A stretch of DNA of 24,000 nt from Tenggerimyces flavus (GTDB lineage: Bacteria > Actinomycetota > Actinomycetes > Propionibacteriales > Actinopolymorphaceae), in assembly GCF_016907715.1 (NCBI RefSeq), contig NZ_JAFBCM010000001.1, positions 7,145,420 through 7,169,419 on the forward strand. The letters run 5' to 3'. Under the pieces are notes generated by a model, which did no database searches, was not told the origin of the DNA, and worked only from the letters and a program-made list of their open reading frames with translations. The translations under genes and the position numbers were made by a program. Numbering within the stretch: position 1 is the first letter of the stretch; each line of letters begins with the position of its first letter. Positions 6,861 through 15,155 of this stretch are shown piece by piece.

Positions 6861-8350
6861 GTGGGCGGTACGACCTCGAGAAGCTCGTCGGCCATGGCGG
6901 GATGGCCGATGTGTGGCGGGCACACGACCGGCGACTCGGTCGCGTCGTCGCTGTGAAGGTGCTGCGCGCGGACCTCGCCTCGGATCCGACCTTTCCCGAA
7001 CGGCTTCGTCGAGAGGCTCGCTCGGTCGCACGGCTGAACCACCCCCACATCGTCGACGTCTACGATGCTGGCGTCGACACGCTCGACGGAGCCGAGCTGC
7101 CGTATCTCGTGATGGAGTACGTGACCGGCCGCACACTCAGCGAGACTCTGAGCGAACTGCTTCGCGACGGTCAGCGTCTCACGCCAGACCGCGCGATGGA
7201 GATCGCCGCGAGGATCCTCGACGCGTTGGAGTACAGCCACGAGGCCGGCATCGTGCATCGCGATGTGAAGCCTGGCAACGTGATGCTCACCAGCGAGGGT
7301 CTGGTGAAGGTCATGGACTTCGGCATCGCCTTGGCGATGTCGGACTCGGCGGATCTGACCAAGACCGATCAGGTGCTCGGAACTGCGCGCTATCTCTCGC
7401 CGGAACAGGCTCTCGGCATTCCTGTCGATGGCCGGAGCGATGTGTACTCGACCGGGTGCCTGCTGTACGAGCTCCTCACCGCTCGGCCACCCTTCGTCGG
7501 CGACTCCACCATCGGGGTGGCATACCAGCACGTTCAAGAGGAGGCGCTGTCGCCGCAGGCGATCGATCCGAGGGTACCTGAGCTGTACGCGGCGATCGTT
7601 CTTCGTGCATTGGCCAAAGATCCCGCCGAGCGGTATCAGACGGCGGCGCAGATGCGGGCCGACATCGAGTCCGCGCTCCACGATCTGCCGGCCATGGAGC
7701 CACCAGAGGCCCTGGAGTCAATGGAGGCCGTTGATACGGCAGGCACCGTCGCGGCGGTCGAGCCCGGGCGCCGAGCGCAGGCACCGACCAACCCCGTCAC
7801 AGCAGCCGTCGCAGCGGCCGCCGCCGCACTGGCCCTTGCCGGCGGAACGTTCCTGCTCCTCAACTGGCCGGGACTAGGCCCGCCGCAGGGACCAGGAACG
7901 GTGCCAGGGGAATCGGTGCCCGGACAGATCGGTGACACGAGACCTCCCCTTCAGCGCGACAACGCTGGCGCCGACACATCGCCGGCAGCCGAGGTTGGCG
8001 CCAGGGTTGATGACAAGGACGTCGACGTACAGCGGCAGCCGAACCCTGGCCCGTCCGATCCCCCCGACGAACCAAGCCCAGAGCCCAGCGGCCCGAATCC
8101 CAAGACATCCCCGCCAGCACCGACAGTGGCACCGACACCGAGAGAACCCAAGCCAGTCCCGACGAACCCGTCCCCCACACCCAACGACACCGATCCCGCG
8201 ACGCCGACGCCGAGCACCGAGCCTTCCGAACCGGAACCCAGCGGCCCGAATCCCGAGACATCCCCGCCGGCTCCGGCGCCCAGCGAATCGACGCCATCGC
8301 CGGAGCCAACCGAGGAACCTCTCGAGCCTTCGCCGAGTGGTCGCCGATGA
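6842..8350 (+). CDS. membrane Ser/Thr protein kinase (Pkn-type) with Pro-rich extracytoplasmic tail
   Basis: P-loop GHGGMADVW, VAVKVL, catalytic loop HRDVKPGNVML, DFGIA, GTARYLSPEQ. A single TM (VTAAVAAAAAALALAGGTFLLL) is followed by about 165 aa of Pro/Ser/Thr/Glu-rich sequence. Confidence 0.95.
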   Translation: MAHRRLSGRYDLEKLVGHGGMADVWRAHDRRLGRVVAVKVLRADLASDPTFPERLRREARSVARLNHPHIVDVYDAGVDTLDGAELPYLVMEYVTGRTLSETLSELLRDGQRLTPDRAMEIAARILDALEYSHEAGIVHRDVKPGNVMLTSEGLVKVMDFGIALAMSDSADLTKTDQVLGTARYLSPEQALGIPVDGRSDVYSTGCLLYELLTARPPFVGDSTIGVAYQHVQEEALSPQAIDPRVPELYAAIVLRALAKDPAERYQTAAQMRADIESALHDLPAMEPPEALESMEAVDTAGTVAAVEPGRRAQAPTNPVTAAVAAAAAALALAGGTFLLLNWPGLGPPQGPGTVPGESVPGQIGDTRPPLQRDNAGADTSPAAEVGARVDDKDVDVQRQPNPGPSDPPDEPSPEPSGPNPKTSPPAPTVAPTPREPKPVPTNPSPTPNDTDPATPTPSTEPSEPEPSGPNPETSPPAPAPSESTPSPEPTEEPLEPSPSGRR

Positions 8351-8697
8351 TGGATCCCGTGACTGGTTCGGAGCATGTCGAGGCCGAGCGGCGCAGACGA
8401 GCGCTGGCAGTGGAGCGAGTTCGGGAGGAGTACGCGAGCCAGCTGCTGAAGGCACAACAAGCCGTGGAGGTCGCCCCGTACGCCTGGTCGTTGTGGGCAG
8501 ATGCGGTTCTGGCCGAAGTAGAGCGAGGTTTGGAGTCTGCTGACCTCGCGACGCCTACTGGCAGCGGGGAACCTCAGCCAGACGATCGTCTTGTCGATCC
8601 GAGGTATGTCGCTGCGGTGGACGCGGGTCGGTCACTGGTCGAGGTGGCCAAGATGCTCGAGCAGGCCGCTCAAGCGACCCGTCAACAGCCAAGTTAG
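8347..8697 (+). CDS. hypothetical protein, translationally coupled to the kinase (ATGA overlap)
   Basis: ATG 8347 overlaps the kinase TGA (8348-8350). Composition is helical and Glu/Ala-rich with good third-position GC. I recognise no family. Confidence 0.5.
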   Translation: MMDPVTGSEHVEAERRRRALAVERVREEYASQLLKAQQAVEVAPYAWSLWADAVLAEVERGLESADLATPTGSGEPQPDDRLVDPRYVAAVDAGRSLVEVAKMLEQAAQATRQQPS

Positions 8698-8747
8698 CCC
8701 CCGAGGGACGGGCCAACAGATCGGTGTTGCCGGCCCCGCGGTCAAGT

Positions 8748-8777
8748 GAACGGGACGGACGGGAACGGGACGGACGG
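8748..8777 (+). repeat. perfect 15-bp tandem duplication (gaacgggacggacgg x2), intergenic
   Basis: Read directly: 8748-8762 equals 8763-8777. Confidence 0.95.
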
Positions 8778-8866
8778 CGCCGCAGCAACCTGCCGGCCAA
8801 CAATAGTTCTCGTCCAGTGCTCCGACCACCGAAACCTGGGGCGGCACCGGCCGCGAAGATCGTCGG

Positions 8867-9306
8867 ATGAGCAACAGACCCCAAGGACTTGGCGGCGCCC
8901 ACCTATGCGCGAGTATCCCGACCTCCGACCTTGCTCGAGCGCAGAAGTTCTACGGCGGGATCTTGGGGCTGCGCGCCCACGGCCCTAGCGACGACCCGGC
9001 CGGTTGGCGAGTACCGCTCGGCGGCGTTCTGTTCGAGGCCGCCGACGGCACCCAAGTAAACGTCTACCGACGAACGCCAGCTCACCATCCCCAGATCACA
9101 CGCTGGCGCTGTTCGTGGTCGACGACCTCGCCGCAATCGTCGCCGAACTCCGGACCAAGGGCGTCACGTTCGACGGGTACAACACTCCGGAACTGGCCAC
9201 GGTCGACGGCGTGTACACCGCGCCGAGCGGCTTCAAGGTCGCCTGGATGCGCGATCCCGACGGCAACATCATCGCGCTCGAGCAGGAACCCAACGGCAAT
9301 AGCTGA
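8867..9306 (+). pseudogene. VOC (glyoxalase/bleomycin-resistance/dioxygenase) family protein, frameshifted
   Basis: The N-terminal half, MSNRPQGLGGAHLCASIPTSDLARAQKFYGGILGL...VLFEAADGTQVNVYR, is in one frame. The C-terminal half, ...HTLALFVVDDLAAIVAELRTKGVTFDGYNTPELATVDGVYTAPSGFKVAWMRDPDGNIIALEQ (stop 9304-9306), is in another. The switch is near 9075-9095. Confidence 0.75.
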
Positions 9307-9321
9307 ACACGCTCCCCGGCG

Positions 9322-9506
9322 ATCATCCAGCAACGACAGCGCTCGAGCACCGACAAAGTCGACAGTCTGCGAGCCTGGGCCGGGAACGGATGCCTCGCGT
9401 GTTCTGGGCGACCTGGAACGACAACCCTCGACCCTTCACCTGGCACAAGAGCGCCGACCAAATCCTCGACCGCCTCACCAACTATTGCCGCACCATCAAC
9501 AAATAG
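9322..9506 (+). mobile_element. 3' remnant of an IS630-family transposase gene
   Basis: The terminal WNDNPRPFTWHKSADQILDRLTNYCRTINK* (stop 9504-9506) is the characteristic IS630/Tc1-type transposase C-terminus. The upstream piece IIQQRQRSSTDKVDSLRAW is in a different frame. No DDE core or inverted repeats are present. Confidence 0.65.
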
Positions 9507-10411
9507 ACGACTCTTCGCCCTGACAGGACACTAGTCGACCTCGAGCATCCTCGGGTCGGTGACGACGCTTCTAGCTGCTCGGCGGTGAGCGGGAGCTCGC
9601 TGAGCTTGGGCGGGAAGTCCGGGTCGCTCGGCTCGCTGTTGCCCGAGTCCCGGTCGAAGTAGGCCGTACTGACCGCGATCGAGACGACCGTTCCGCCCTT
9701 GGTGATCAGCGTTGCCGCTCGCGCCGGCGCGTATGCGTCCCCGCCCTCCGCAACCCGAAGCGTGCCGCCGTCGGGGAGCCGCTCGGTGCTGCAAGTCGTC
9801 CACCCGAAGGCGGGGTCGTGGGCGACGTTCACCGACCGCACCGCGCAGGGCTTGCCGTCAGGACCGTCGTCGATGTACGCCTCGGTGTCCTTAAATTCGT
9901 CCACCGCGGCGACGACCGTGCCCTTGGCCTTTCCGGCGGTCCAGGTACTCCAGGCCACCTCCTGCCACGCGGCTTCGCCGCCGATACCACCCATGACGCT
10001 GACCTCCTTGAAGTGCGCGGTGCCGAGACGATCGATGAGCACGTCGCCGAACGAGCTACAGGGCTCGTCCAAACAGCCGTCGCCCGCGTCGGGAGCATCG
10101 GTCGGGCTGGTGCTGGTGGGGCTCGGCGGCGGGGTGGGCTCGACATACATGGTCGCCGTCGGGTTGCCGGCGATGCCGGGACCGGAGGCGAGGCCGACCA
10201 GGTTGGGCACGTACGCGATCCCGGCCGCCACGAGGCCGATCCCGGCGACCGCTCCGGCGATGACGGCCCCATTGCGCCGGCGGAGAGCCCTGCGGCCGCG
10301 GGCCAGATCGTCCTGCACCGGTGGTGAGGTGCCCGGTTCGCCTGTCACGGTGTGCTCGAGAAGCTGGCGGATGTCCCCGTCGCCGGGGCTGTGGTCTGGG
10401 AGCATGGTCAT
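9482..10411 (-). CDS. single-pass membrane protein in anti-sigma position (downstream of and overlapping an ECF sigma remnant); probable 3' frameshift
   Basis: ATG 10411 overlaps the sigma TGA (ATGA). A short cytoplasmic N-terminus is followed by the TM AVIAGAVAGIGLVAAGIAYV and then about 230 aa of Pro-rich and Cys-containing ectodomain. Near 9565-9572 the sense frame appears to switch to ...SVVTDPRMLEVD* (stop 9531-9533). The listed ORF instead reads on, antisense, into the IS630 remnant. Confidence 0.6.
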   Translation of the reverse strand: MTMLPDHSPGDGDIRQLLEHTVTGEPGTSPPVQDDLARGRRALRRRNGAVIAGAVAGIGLVAAGIAYVPNLVGLASGPGIAGNPTATMYVEPTPPPSPTSTSPTDAPDAGDGCLDEPCSSFGDVLIDRLGTAHFKEVSVMGGIGGEAAWQEVAWSTWTAGKAKGTVVAAVDEFKDTEAYIDDGPDGKPCAVRSVNVAHDPAFGWTTCSTERLPDGGTLRVAEGGDAYAPARAATLITKGGTVVSIAVSTAYFDRDSGNSEPSDPDFPPKLSELPLTAEQLEASSPTRGCSRSTSVLSGRRVVYLLMVRQ

Positions 10412-10723
10412 GGTGTGCGTTCCGTTCTTGTGACGTCGGCCAGGCCGCGGCGCAGCCTGTGGACAGCACGAGCCGTCTGGCTCTTGACTCCTCCCACGGA
10501 AATGCCCAGGTCAGTGGCGGTTTCCTCGAGTGACAGGCCCCACCAGTACCGGAGGACGACCGCTGCCCGCTGCCGCCCAGGCAGGCTACGAACGGCCTCG
10601 CGGAGCTCGTCGAGGTCCTCGAACGGCAGTCCACTGCGCTCCTCCTCTCGTTCGGGTAGCTCCGACCGGGGACTCCCGGCGCCACGGTCGGCGGCGCTCG
10701 TCGAGATAGGTGCGCAGCACCGT
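10408..10723 (-). pseudogene. ECF sigma factor remnant (regions 3-4 only, 5' truncated and frameshifted)
   Basis: Region 4: LREAVRSLPGRQRAAVVLRYWWGLSLEETATDLGISVGGVKSQTARAVHRLRRGLAD, stop 10408-10410. The upstream piece TVLRTYLDERRRPWRRE is in another frame (shift near 10665-10680) and is preceded by TAG (10724-10726). No region 2 is present. Confidence 0.75.
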
Positions 10724-10760
10724 CTAACGCAGCTACGCGCCCATCATCGAGCGGGGCACG

Positions 10761-11045
10761 GTGGCCGGTGTCGATCCGGGCGCCGTGTGGGAACGTGCCG
10801 AGCGTTCAGGCGCGCGGCCGGGAGTCGTTCGGCGCCCGAATGTGCTTCGGCGAGGCTGGGTCCGCCTCCGGTACGGGCGGCCGCTCTGGCTGCTCGTCCG
10901 CGTGATCATCGCGGCCGCGCTGCCGGTCGTCGCCTTCATCGTGCGCCCGGACGACCTGCCGACGTGGATCACCCTCGCCGTGGGCGGCGTCACCTGGCCC
11001 GCCGCCACCGCGCGTCTTGACCTCGCACCGAAATCGCCACGCTAG
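10761..11045 (+). CDS. small hypothetical membrane protein (2 predicted TM)
   Basis: GTG start with high third-position GC. Hydrophobic segments are PLWLLVRVIIAAALPVVAFIV and WITLAVGGVTWPAA. The next ORF follows after 11 nt with a strong SD. I recognise no family. Confidence 0.45.
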   Translation: MAGVDPGAVWERAERSGARPGVVRRPNVLRRGWVRLRYGRPLWLLVRVIIAAALPVVAFIVRPDDLPTWITLAVGGVTWPAATARLDLAPKSPR

Positions 11046-11056
11046 AAGGAGATTCG

Positions 11057-11344
11057 GTGATGGAGAAGACTCGGCAGTGGTTCAAGGTCGTCGACACTGC
11101 GAAGCTTCCGGCACCGGACGCGTACGAGCCGCTCGAGCCGGCCGATCCAGGCCCACAGCAGCAGATCCGAACGAACGGCGGCGTGACGGCGAGCACCATC
11201 CGACCAAGCGCAGGCGAGGACGTATCGCAATGGCATCGACCAGCGACGGTTCCTTCGGGCGTTTCGTGCGCGGGCGTCGAACGAGAGTGGGCCGATAACC
11301 GATGCACGCCGGCTCGCGGTCGGCCTCAGCCTCCCACCCGGTAG
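11057..11344 (+). CDS. hypothetical protein (start well supported; 3' part doubtful)
   Basis: aaggag (11046-11051) lies 5-8 nt before GTG 11057 / ATG 11060. The first ~40 codons (MEKTRQWFKVVDTAKLPAPDAYEPLEPADPGPQQQIR) have coding-like bias. Downstream the bias degrades, and the ORF overlaps the convergent RibD_C-family gene. Confidence 0.3.
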   Translation: MMEKTRQWFKVVDTAKLPAPDAYEPLEPADPGPQQQIRTNGGVTASTIRPSAGEDVSQWHRPATVPSGVSCAGVEREWADNRCTPARGRPQPPTR

Positions 11345-11900
11345 CGCAGGTGCGTGACGCCGGGCGCGTCGAGCACGCGCGTCAGCTCGACCTCGATGCG
11401 GTCCGCGCCGAACAGCCGCCGCCCGTCGCCGAGCACGACCGGGATCAGGTGGATCTCCAGCTCGTCGAGCAGGCCTCGCGCAGAAGCGACTGCGCGAGGC
11501 TCGCGCCGTGCACCATCACGTCCTTTTCGCCGGCGGCCGCCTTGGCCTCGCGCATCGCGGTCGCGACGTCAGGCACATAGTGGACCCAGCCGCTCTGCGG
11601 CGCCGGCGGCGGGTTACCGCGCGTGGGCACGAAGATCGGCACGCCGTGGTGGTCGCCACCCCAGTGATTGGCGTAGTCGAAGGTCTTGCGGCCGACGACG
11701 ACCGCACCCGTAGCCATCCCCTCGGCGAACACCTGCCCGCTCAGCCCCGGCGGGTCAAAGTGCGGCAGCTCGGAGGTGGGCTCGCCGAGCCACTCATGCA
11801 GCCGATTGCCGCCGGTCCCGAGCCCGTTGCCCGGCCCGTCGTCCAGGCCGGTGATGAACCCGTCGAGCGACATCGACATGTACAGGACGGACTTCGCCAT
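11326..11900 (-). pseudogene. dihydrofolate reductase family protein (RibD C-terminal domain type), frameshifted
   Basis: MAKSVLYMSMSLDGFITGLDDGPGN...VVVGRKTFDY...VMVHGASLAQSLLRE is followed, in another frame, by GLLDELEIHLIPVVLGDGRRLFGADRIEVELTRVLDAPGVTHLRYRVGG* (stop 11326-11328). The sequence is gaggcctg where gagggcctg would keep frame (about 11470-11480). Confidence 0.8.
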
Positions 11901-11999
11901 GCGATCTCCTTCTTGGCCGGTACGGGTGGGAGCGCTTCGGGCCTAGCCCTGTGACCGCGTGCCGCAATGCGGTCGGGAGCCCCCAGGGGTGGGAGGTTG

Positions 12000-12884
12000 C
12001 TACGCGTTGTTGCTAGTGCCCTGGTTCTTCGGGGCATCGGCAGTCAGAGGCGTCTCGTAGGAGACGCTCAGACTGACTTCTCGCCAGGCCTCGTCGCTGG
12101 CGGCGAGTTTCTGCTCCGCCTCCTGCGCCAGCGGCACAGCATCGGTGCCGAGCAGCAGACGCACGGGTGCGTCGTCCCGGCCGGCGAGGTCTCGCACCAC
12201 TTGGGCGACACGACGCGTGTCCCCCGGCTCGTGACCAGAGAAGGCGCGCAGCGCCTCGGCGAACGCTCCGATCGTCGGCTGGTACAGCGCGCTTGGCTGC
12301 GGGATCGTCATCGACGAGCCACCCCAGTCGGTGCGTATGGCGCCCGGCTCAAGAACGGTGACCTTCACCCCGAACGGCGCGATCTCCTGGGCCAGGCCGA
12401 GGGAGAACCCGGTGACGGCCCACTTCGCCGCCTGATAGGCGGTCAGACCCGCGCCGGACAAGCGGACAATGAGCGAGGCGACCTGGAAAATGTGACCACT
12501 GCCCTGCTCGCGCAGGATGGGCACAACCGCCTTCGAAACGTTCACGACACCGTAGAAGTCGGTATCGATCTGCGCCCGGAACGAGGCGATCGTCGTGTCC
12601 TCAAACGATCCCAGGTCACCATATCCGGCGTTGTTGACGACGACATCGATGCGCCCGAACGTCTCCGCGGCCTGAGCAACCACGTGCGCAGCCGCGGCGT
12701 AGTCGGTCACGTCCAGCCGCAGGGCAAGCACCGCGTCGCCGTACTTGTCGAGGAGGTCCCGCAACCGCTCAGGGTTACGCGCCGTCGCCGCCACGCGATC
12801 ACCCGCTTCGAGCGCGACCTTGACGAGCGCGCGACCCAGGCCGCGCGAACTTCCCGTCACGAACCACACCTTGGACACCGACAC
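12000..12884 (-). CDS. SDR-family oxidoreductase (classical short-chain dehydrogenase)
   Basis: VWFVTGSSRGLGRAL (TGxxxGxG), NNAG, and catalytic YQAAK. The ORF is intact. The start is GTG 12884 or GTG 12878, after aggag. Confidence 0.9.
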   Translation of the reverse strand: MSVSKVWFVTGSSRGLGRALVKVALEAGDRVAATARNPERLRDLLDKYGDAVLALRLDVTDYAAAAHVVAQAAETFGRIDVVVNNAGYGDLGSFEDTTIASFRAQIDTDFYGVVNVSKAVVPILREQGSGHIFQVASLIVRLSGAGLTAYQAAKWAVTGFSLGLAQEIAPFGVKVTVLEPGAIRTDWGGSSMTIPQPSALYQPTIGAFAEALRAFSGHEPGDTRRVAQVVRDLAGRDDAPVRLLLGTDAVPLAQEAEQKLAASDEAWREVSLSVSYETPLTADAPKNQGTSNNA

Positions 12885-13015
12885 TCCTGTCTATTGAACG
12901 AATCTTCGGGCAGCGCCGCCCCTAGTGGGCGGCCGCTCACCCTTGCTACGAACACCTCTGTTCCGATCCGACACCGCCTCCCGGACTTCTTTCGGGCCCT
13001 CCCGTGTTGACAGAC

Positions 13016-14650
13016 TCAGGCTGGCGTGGCCTCGGGTTCCGGGTCGGCTGCTTGGTCCTTCGTCATGGTGTCGTCCTTGGTGGTGTCGTCGCCGCCGTGT
13101 GAGTTCCGCACGTGTTTGAACGCCCACACGGCGAGGACTGCCGAGCCGGTGTAGAAGATGGCGCTGACGATGCCCACCTTGTGCAGACCTGAGGTGAACG
13201 CGTCGCGGGCCGCGGCCAGCAGGTCGGCGCCCTGCCCGGCGGGCAGCTGAGCGGCCGCGGCGACTGCGCGATCGATGCTCTCGCGGGCGGCGGTCGCCGC
13301 ATCGGCTGGTACGGCGCCGAGCGCTCTTTCCACGTTGATCCGGTACACAGCAGTGCCGAGCGTGCCGAGGGTGGCAACGCCGAGCCCGAGCCCGAACTCG
13401 TTGGTCGTCTGCACGATCGACGCCCCGGAGCCGGCCTTGTCCGGTGGCACCGCCCCCCCATCGCGAGGTGGTTGCAGAGCGCGGCCAGCGGTCCGGTGCC
13501 GAGCATGACGACACACATCGCGACGAAGATCGTCTCGGGGCCGGATGTCGAGTCGGCCCACGTGTAGATCGTGTACCCGAGGGCCGCGACGAACAGCCCG
13601 CCAGCGATCACGTACGCCTGACGGATGTGGTTCGCCAGTGGTGGGGTGGACAGGTTGCCGATGATCATCACCACGTTGGGCACCAGCAGGAGCATGCCGG
13701 CGGCCAGCGGGGTGAGGCCGGTGACGTTCTGCAGGGTACAGGTTGACGAGCAGGGCGGTGCCGGTGCCGACCACGCTGGCTAGGAACATCAACGTCAGCG
13801 CGGAGCTGAACGTGCGGTTGCCGAACATGCGCAGGTCGAGCAGCGGGTGGGTCAGGTGCCGCTGCCGCTGGACGAACGCCACCCCCGCCGCGAGGCCGAA
13901 CACCGGCGCGACAGCCGGGAACCACTCGAAGCCGTAGCGGGCCAGTTCCTTGAGTCCGTAGACGAACGGCAGGATCGTCGCGAGGGACAGCACGACGCTG
14001 ACCGGGTCGAGCTTGCCCGGCCGAGGTGCCTTCTGGTCGGCGCGCAGAGAGGGACCGAACACCAGCAGCAGCACGATCCCCGGCACTGACACCAAGAACA
14101 CCGAACCCCACCAGAAATACTCCAGCAGCGCGCCACCGACCAGCGGGCCCAGCGTCAGCCCGGCCATGAAGCAGGTAGATAGATCGCGAGGGCGCGTCCG
14201 CGTTGCTCTGGTCGGGGAACATGCCGGTGACCAGCGCCAGCACCGACGGCATCACCGCGGCACCCGCCACGCCGAGCAGCGCACGGCTGGCGATGAGCAT
14301 CGCCGGGCTGGTGGACAACGCCGCCAACACCGAGGCGATACCGAACAGCGCGGCCCCGAGGAGCAGCACCTTCTTCCGGCCGATCCGGTCACCGATGGTG
14401 CCCATGGTGACCAGGAACCCCGCGATCAGGAATCCGTAGATGTCCACGATCCACAGCTGCTGGACGCCGCTCGCCGTCAGGTCGGCGGTCAAGTGCGGAA
14501 CGGCCAGATACAGCACGGAGAAATCCATCGTCACCAGGAACGTGGCAAGCAGAGCACAGCCAGCCCAACCCGATCGGCTTCCGGCGAGCTGGCGCAGCCG
14601 ACCGCCAACAGGGACACCGCTAGCACAGGTACGAGGAGTCGTTCGCGCAT
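13016..14650 (-). pseudogene. MFS transporter, DHA2 (14-TM drug:H+ antiporter) type, with 5 frameshifts
   Basis: ATG 14650 follows ggagg. Pieces in three frames reassemble to ...LAVLCL/ATFLVTMDFSVLYLAVPHL...GTIGDRIGRKKVLLLG (motif A)...MFPD/EQRGRALAIYLPA/FMAGLTLGPLVGG...LLVNLY/LQNVTGLTPLAAGMLLLVPN...CNHLAMGG/AVPPDKAGSGASIVQTTNEFGLGLG.... Shifts lie near 14545, 14205, 14170, 13735 (G3 run) and 13453-13459 (C7 run). Confidence 0.85.
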
Positions 14651-14666
14651 GCCGACCTCCAGATGC

Positions 14667-15005
14667 CTACTGGTGGCGGACTCTCCGCTCGGGCACGTCG
14701 GGGCCGAGGATCCAGGTCTCGCGATCTGCCTGAGCTGGTTGGCCCACGGAGTCGGTGAGCTCGGAACGTACCGCGCGCGCAGGCACGGGCGGTACAGGTT
14801 GGGTTTGCCGTGCGGGTTCCCAGCTGGCCGGGTCCGAGGTCAGACCCAGCAGGTACGTGACCGTGCAGTCGAGCGCGGCCGCGAGCTCCGGCAGGCGAAC
14901 GACGTCCACACCGGCACCGTGCTCAAAGCTGGAGAGCGTCTTGTTGGTGGTCTGCACCCCGTGGCGAGCGAGTCGCGTGACCACTTGCTTCTGCGTGAGC
15001 CCTAG
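14667..15005 (-). pseudogene. XRE-family HTH regulator, 3' portion (gene split by IS5-family insertion)
   Basis: ...LGLTQKQVVTRLARHGVQTTNKTLSSFEHGAGVDVVRLPELAAALDCTVTYLLGL is a Cro/C1-type HTH. Stop is TAG 14667-14669, 16 nt before the MFS start. It joins in frame to 16222-16257 once the IS and one CTAG copy are removed. Confidence 0.8.
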
Positions 15006-15155
15006 GGATGCGCTGATCAAAGCGCCATCCTCGGCGTGCCCGGCCCCGGTCGACCGTGAGGGGCGGTCGCAGCGCCGTGGAGTCCGCTTTACCCCGCCTG
15101 CTGGGCCCCGGTTCGTGCCCTGCTGGGTGGTTTCGGGCAGGCTGCCGCCGGGCCG

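Noticed and set aside
5589-7681. Long minus-strand ORFs (5589..6440, 6794..7681 and others) opposite the histidine kinase and the Ser/Thr kinase
   Set aside because: These are antisense shadow ORFs. The plus-strand genes carry complete kinase motif sets, and the minus translations are Arg/Ser/Pro-rich with no motifs.
8867-9523. 218-aa ORF continuing past the VOC N-terminal half
   Set aside because: After about 9085 its translation becomes Pro/Ser/Arg-rich nonsense. The VOC C-terminal half is clearly in the other frame (9004..9306), so this is read-through after a frameshift.
14600-14650. Possible lipoprotein signal (LLAVGC) at the N-terminus of the MFS reading frame
   Set aside because: The A-V-G-C sequence is a poor lipobox. 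The segment continues directly into MFS TM1 (LAVLCLATFLVTMD) once the frameshift is repaired, so it is most likely just the transporter N-terminus.
11967-15005. Plus-strand ORFs 11967..13010 (347 aa) and 14013..15005 (330 aa)
   Set aside because: They are antisense to the SDR gene and the MFS pseudogene. Their composition is Arg/Gly/His-rich and no family is recognisable.
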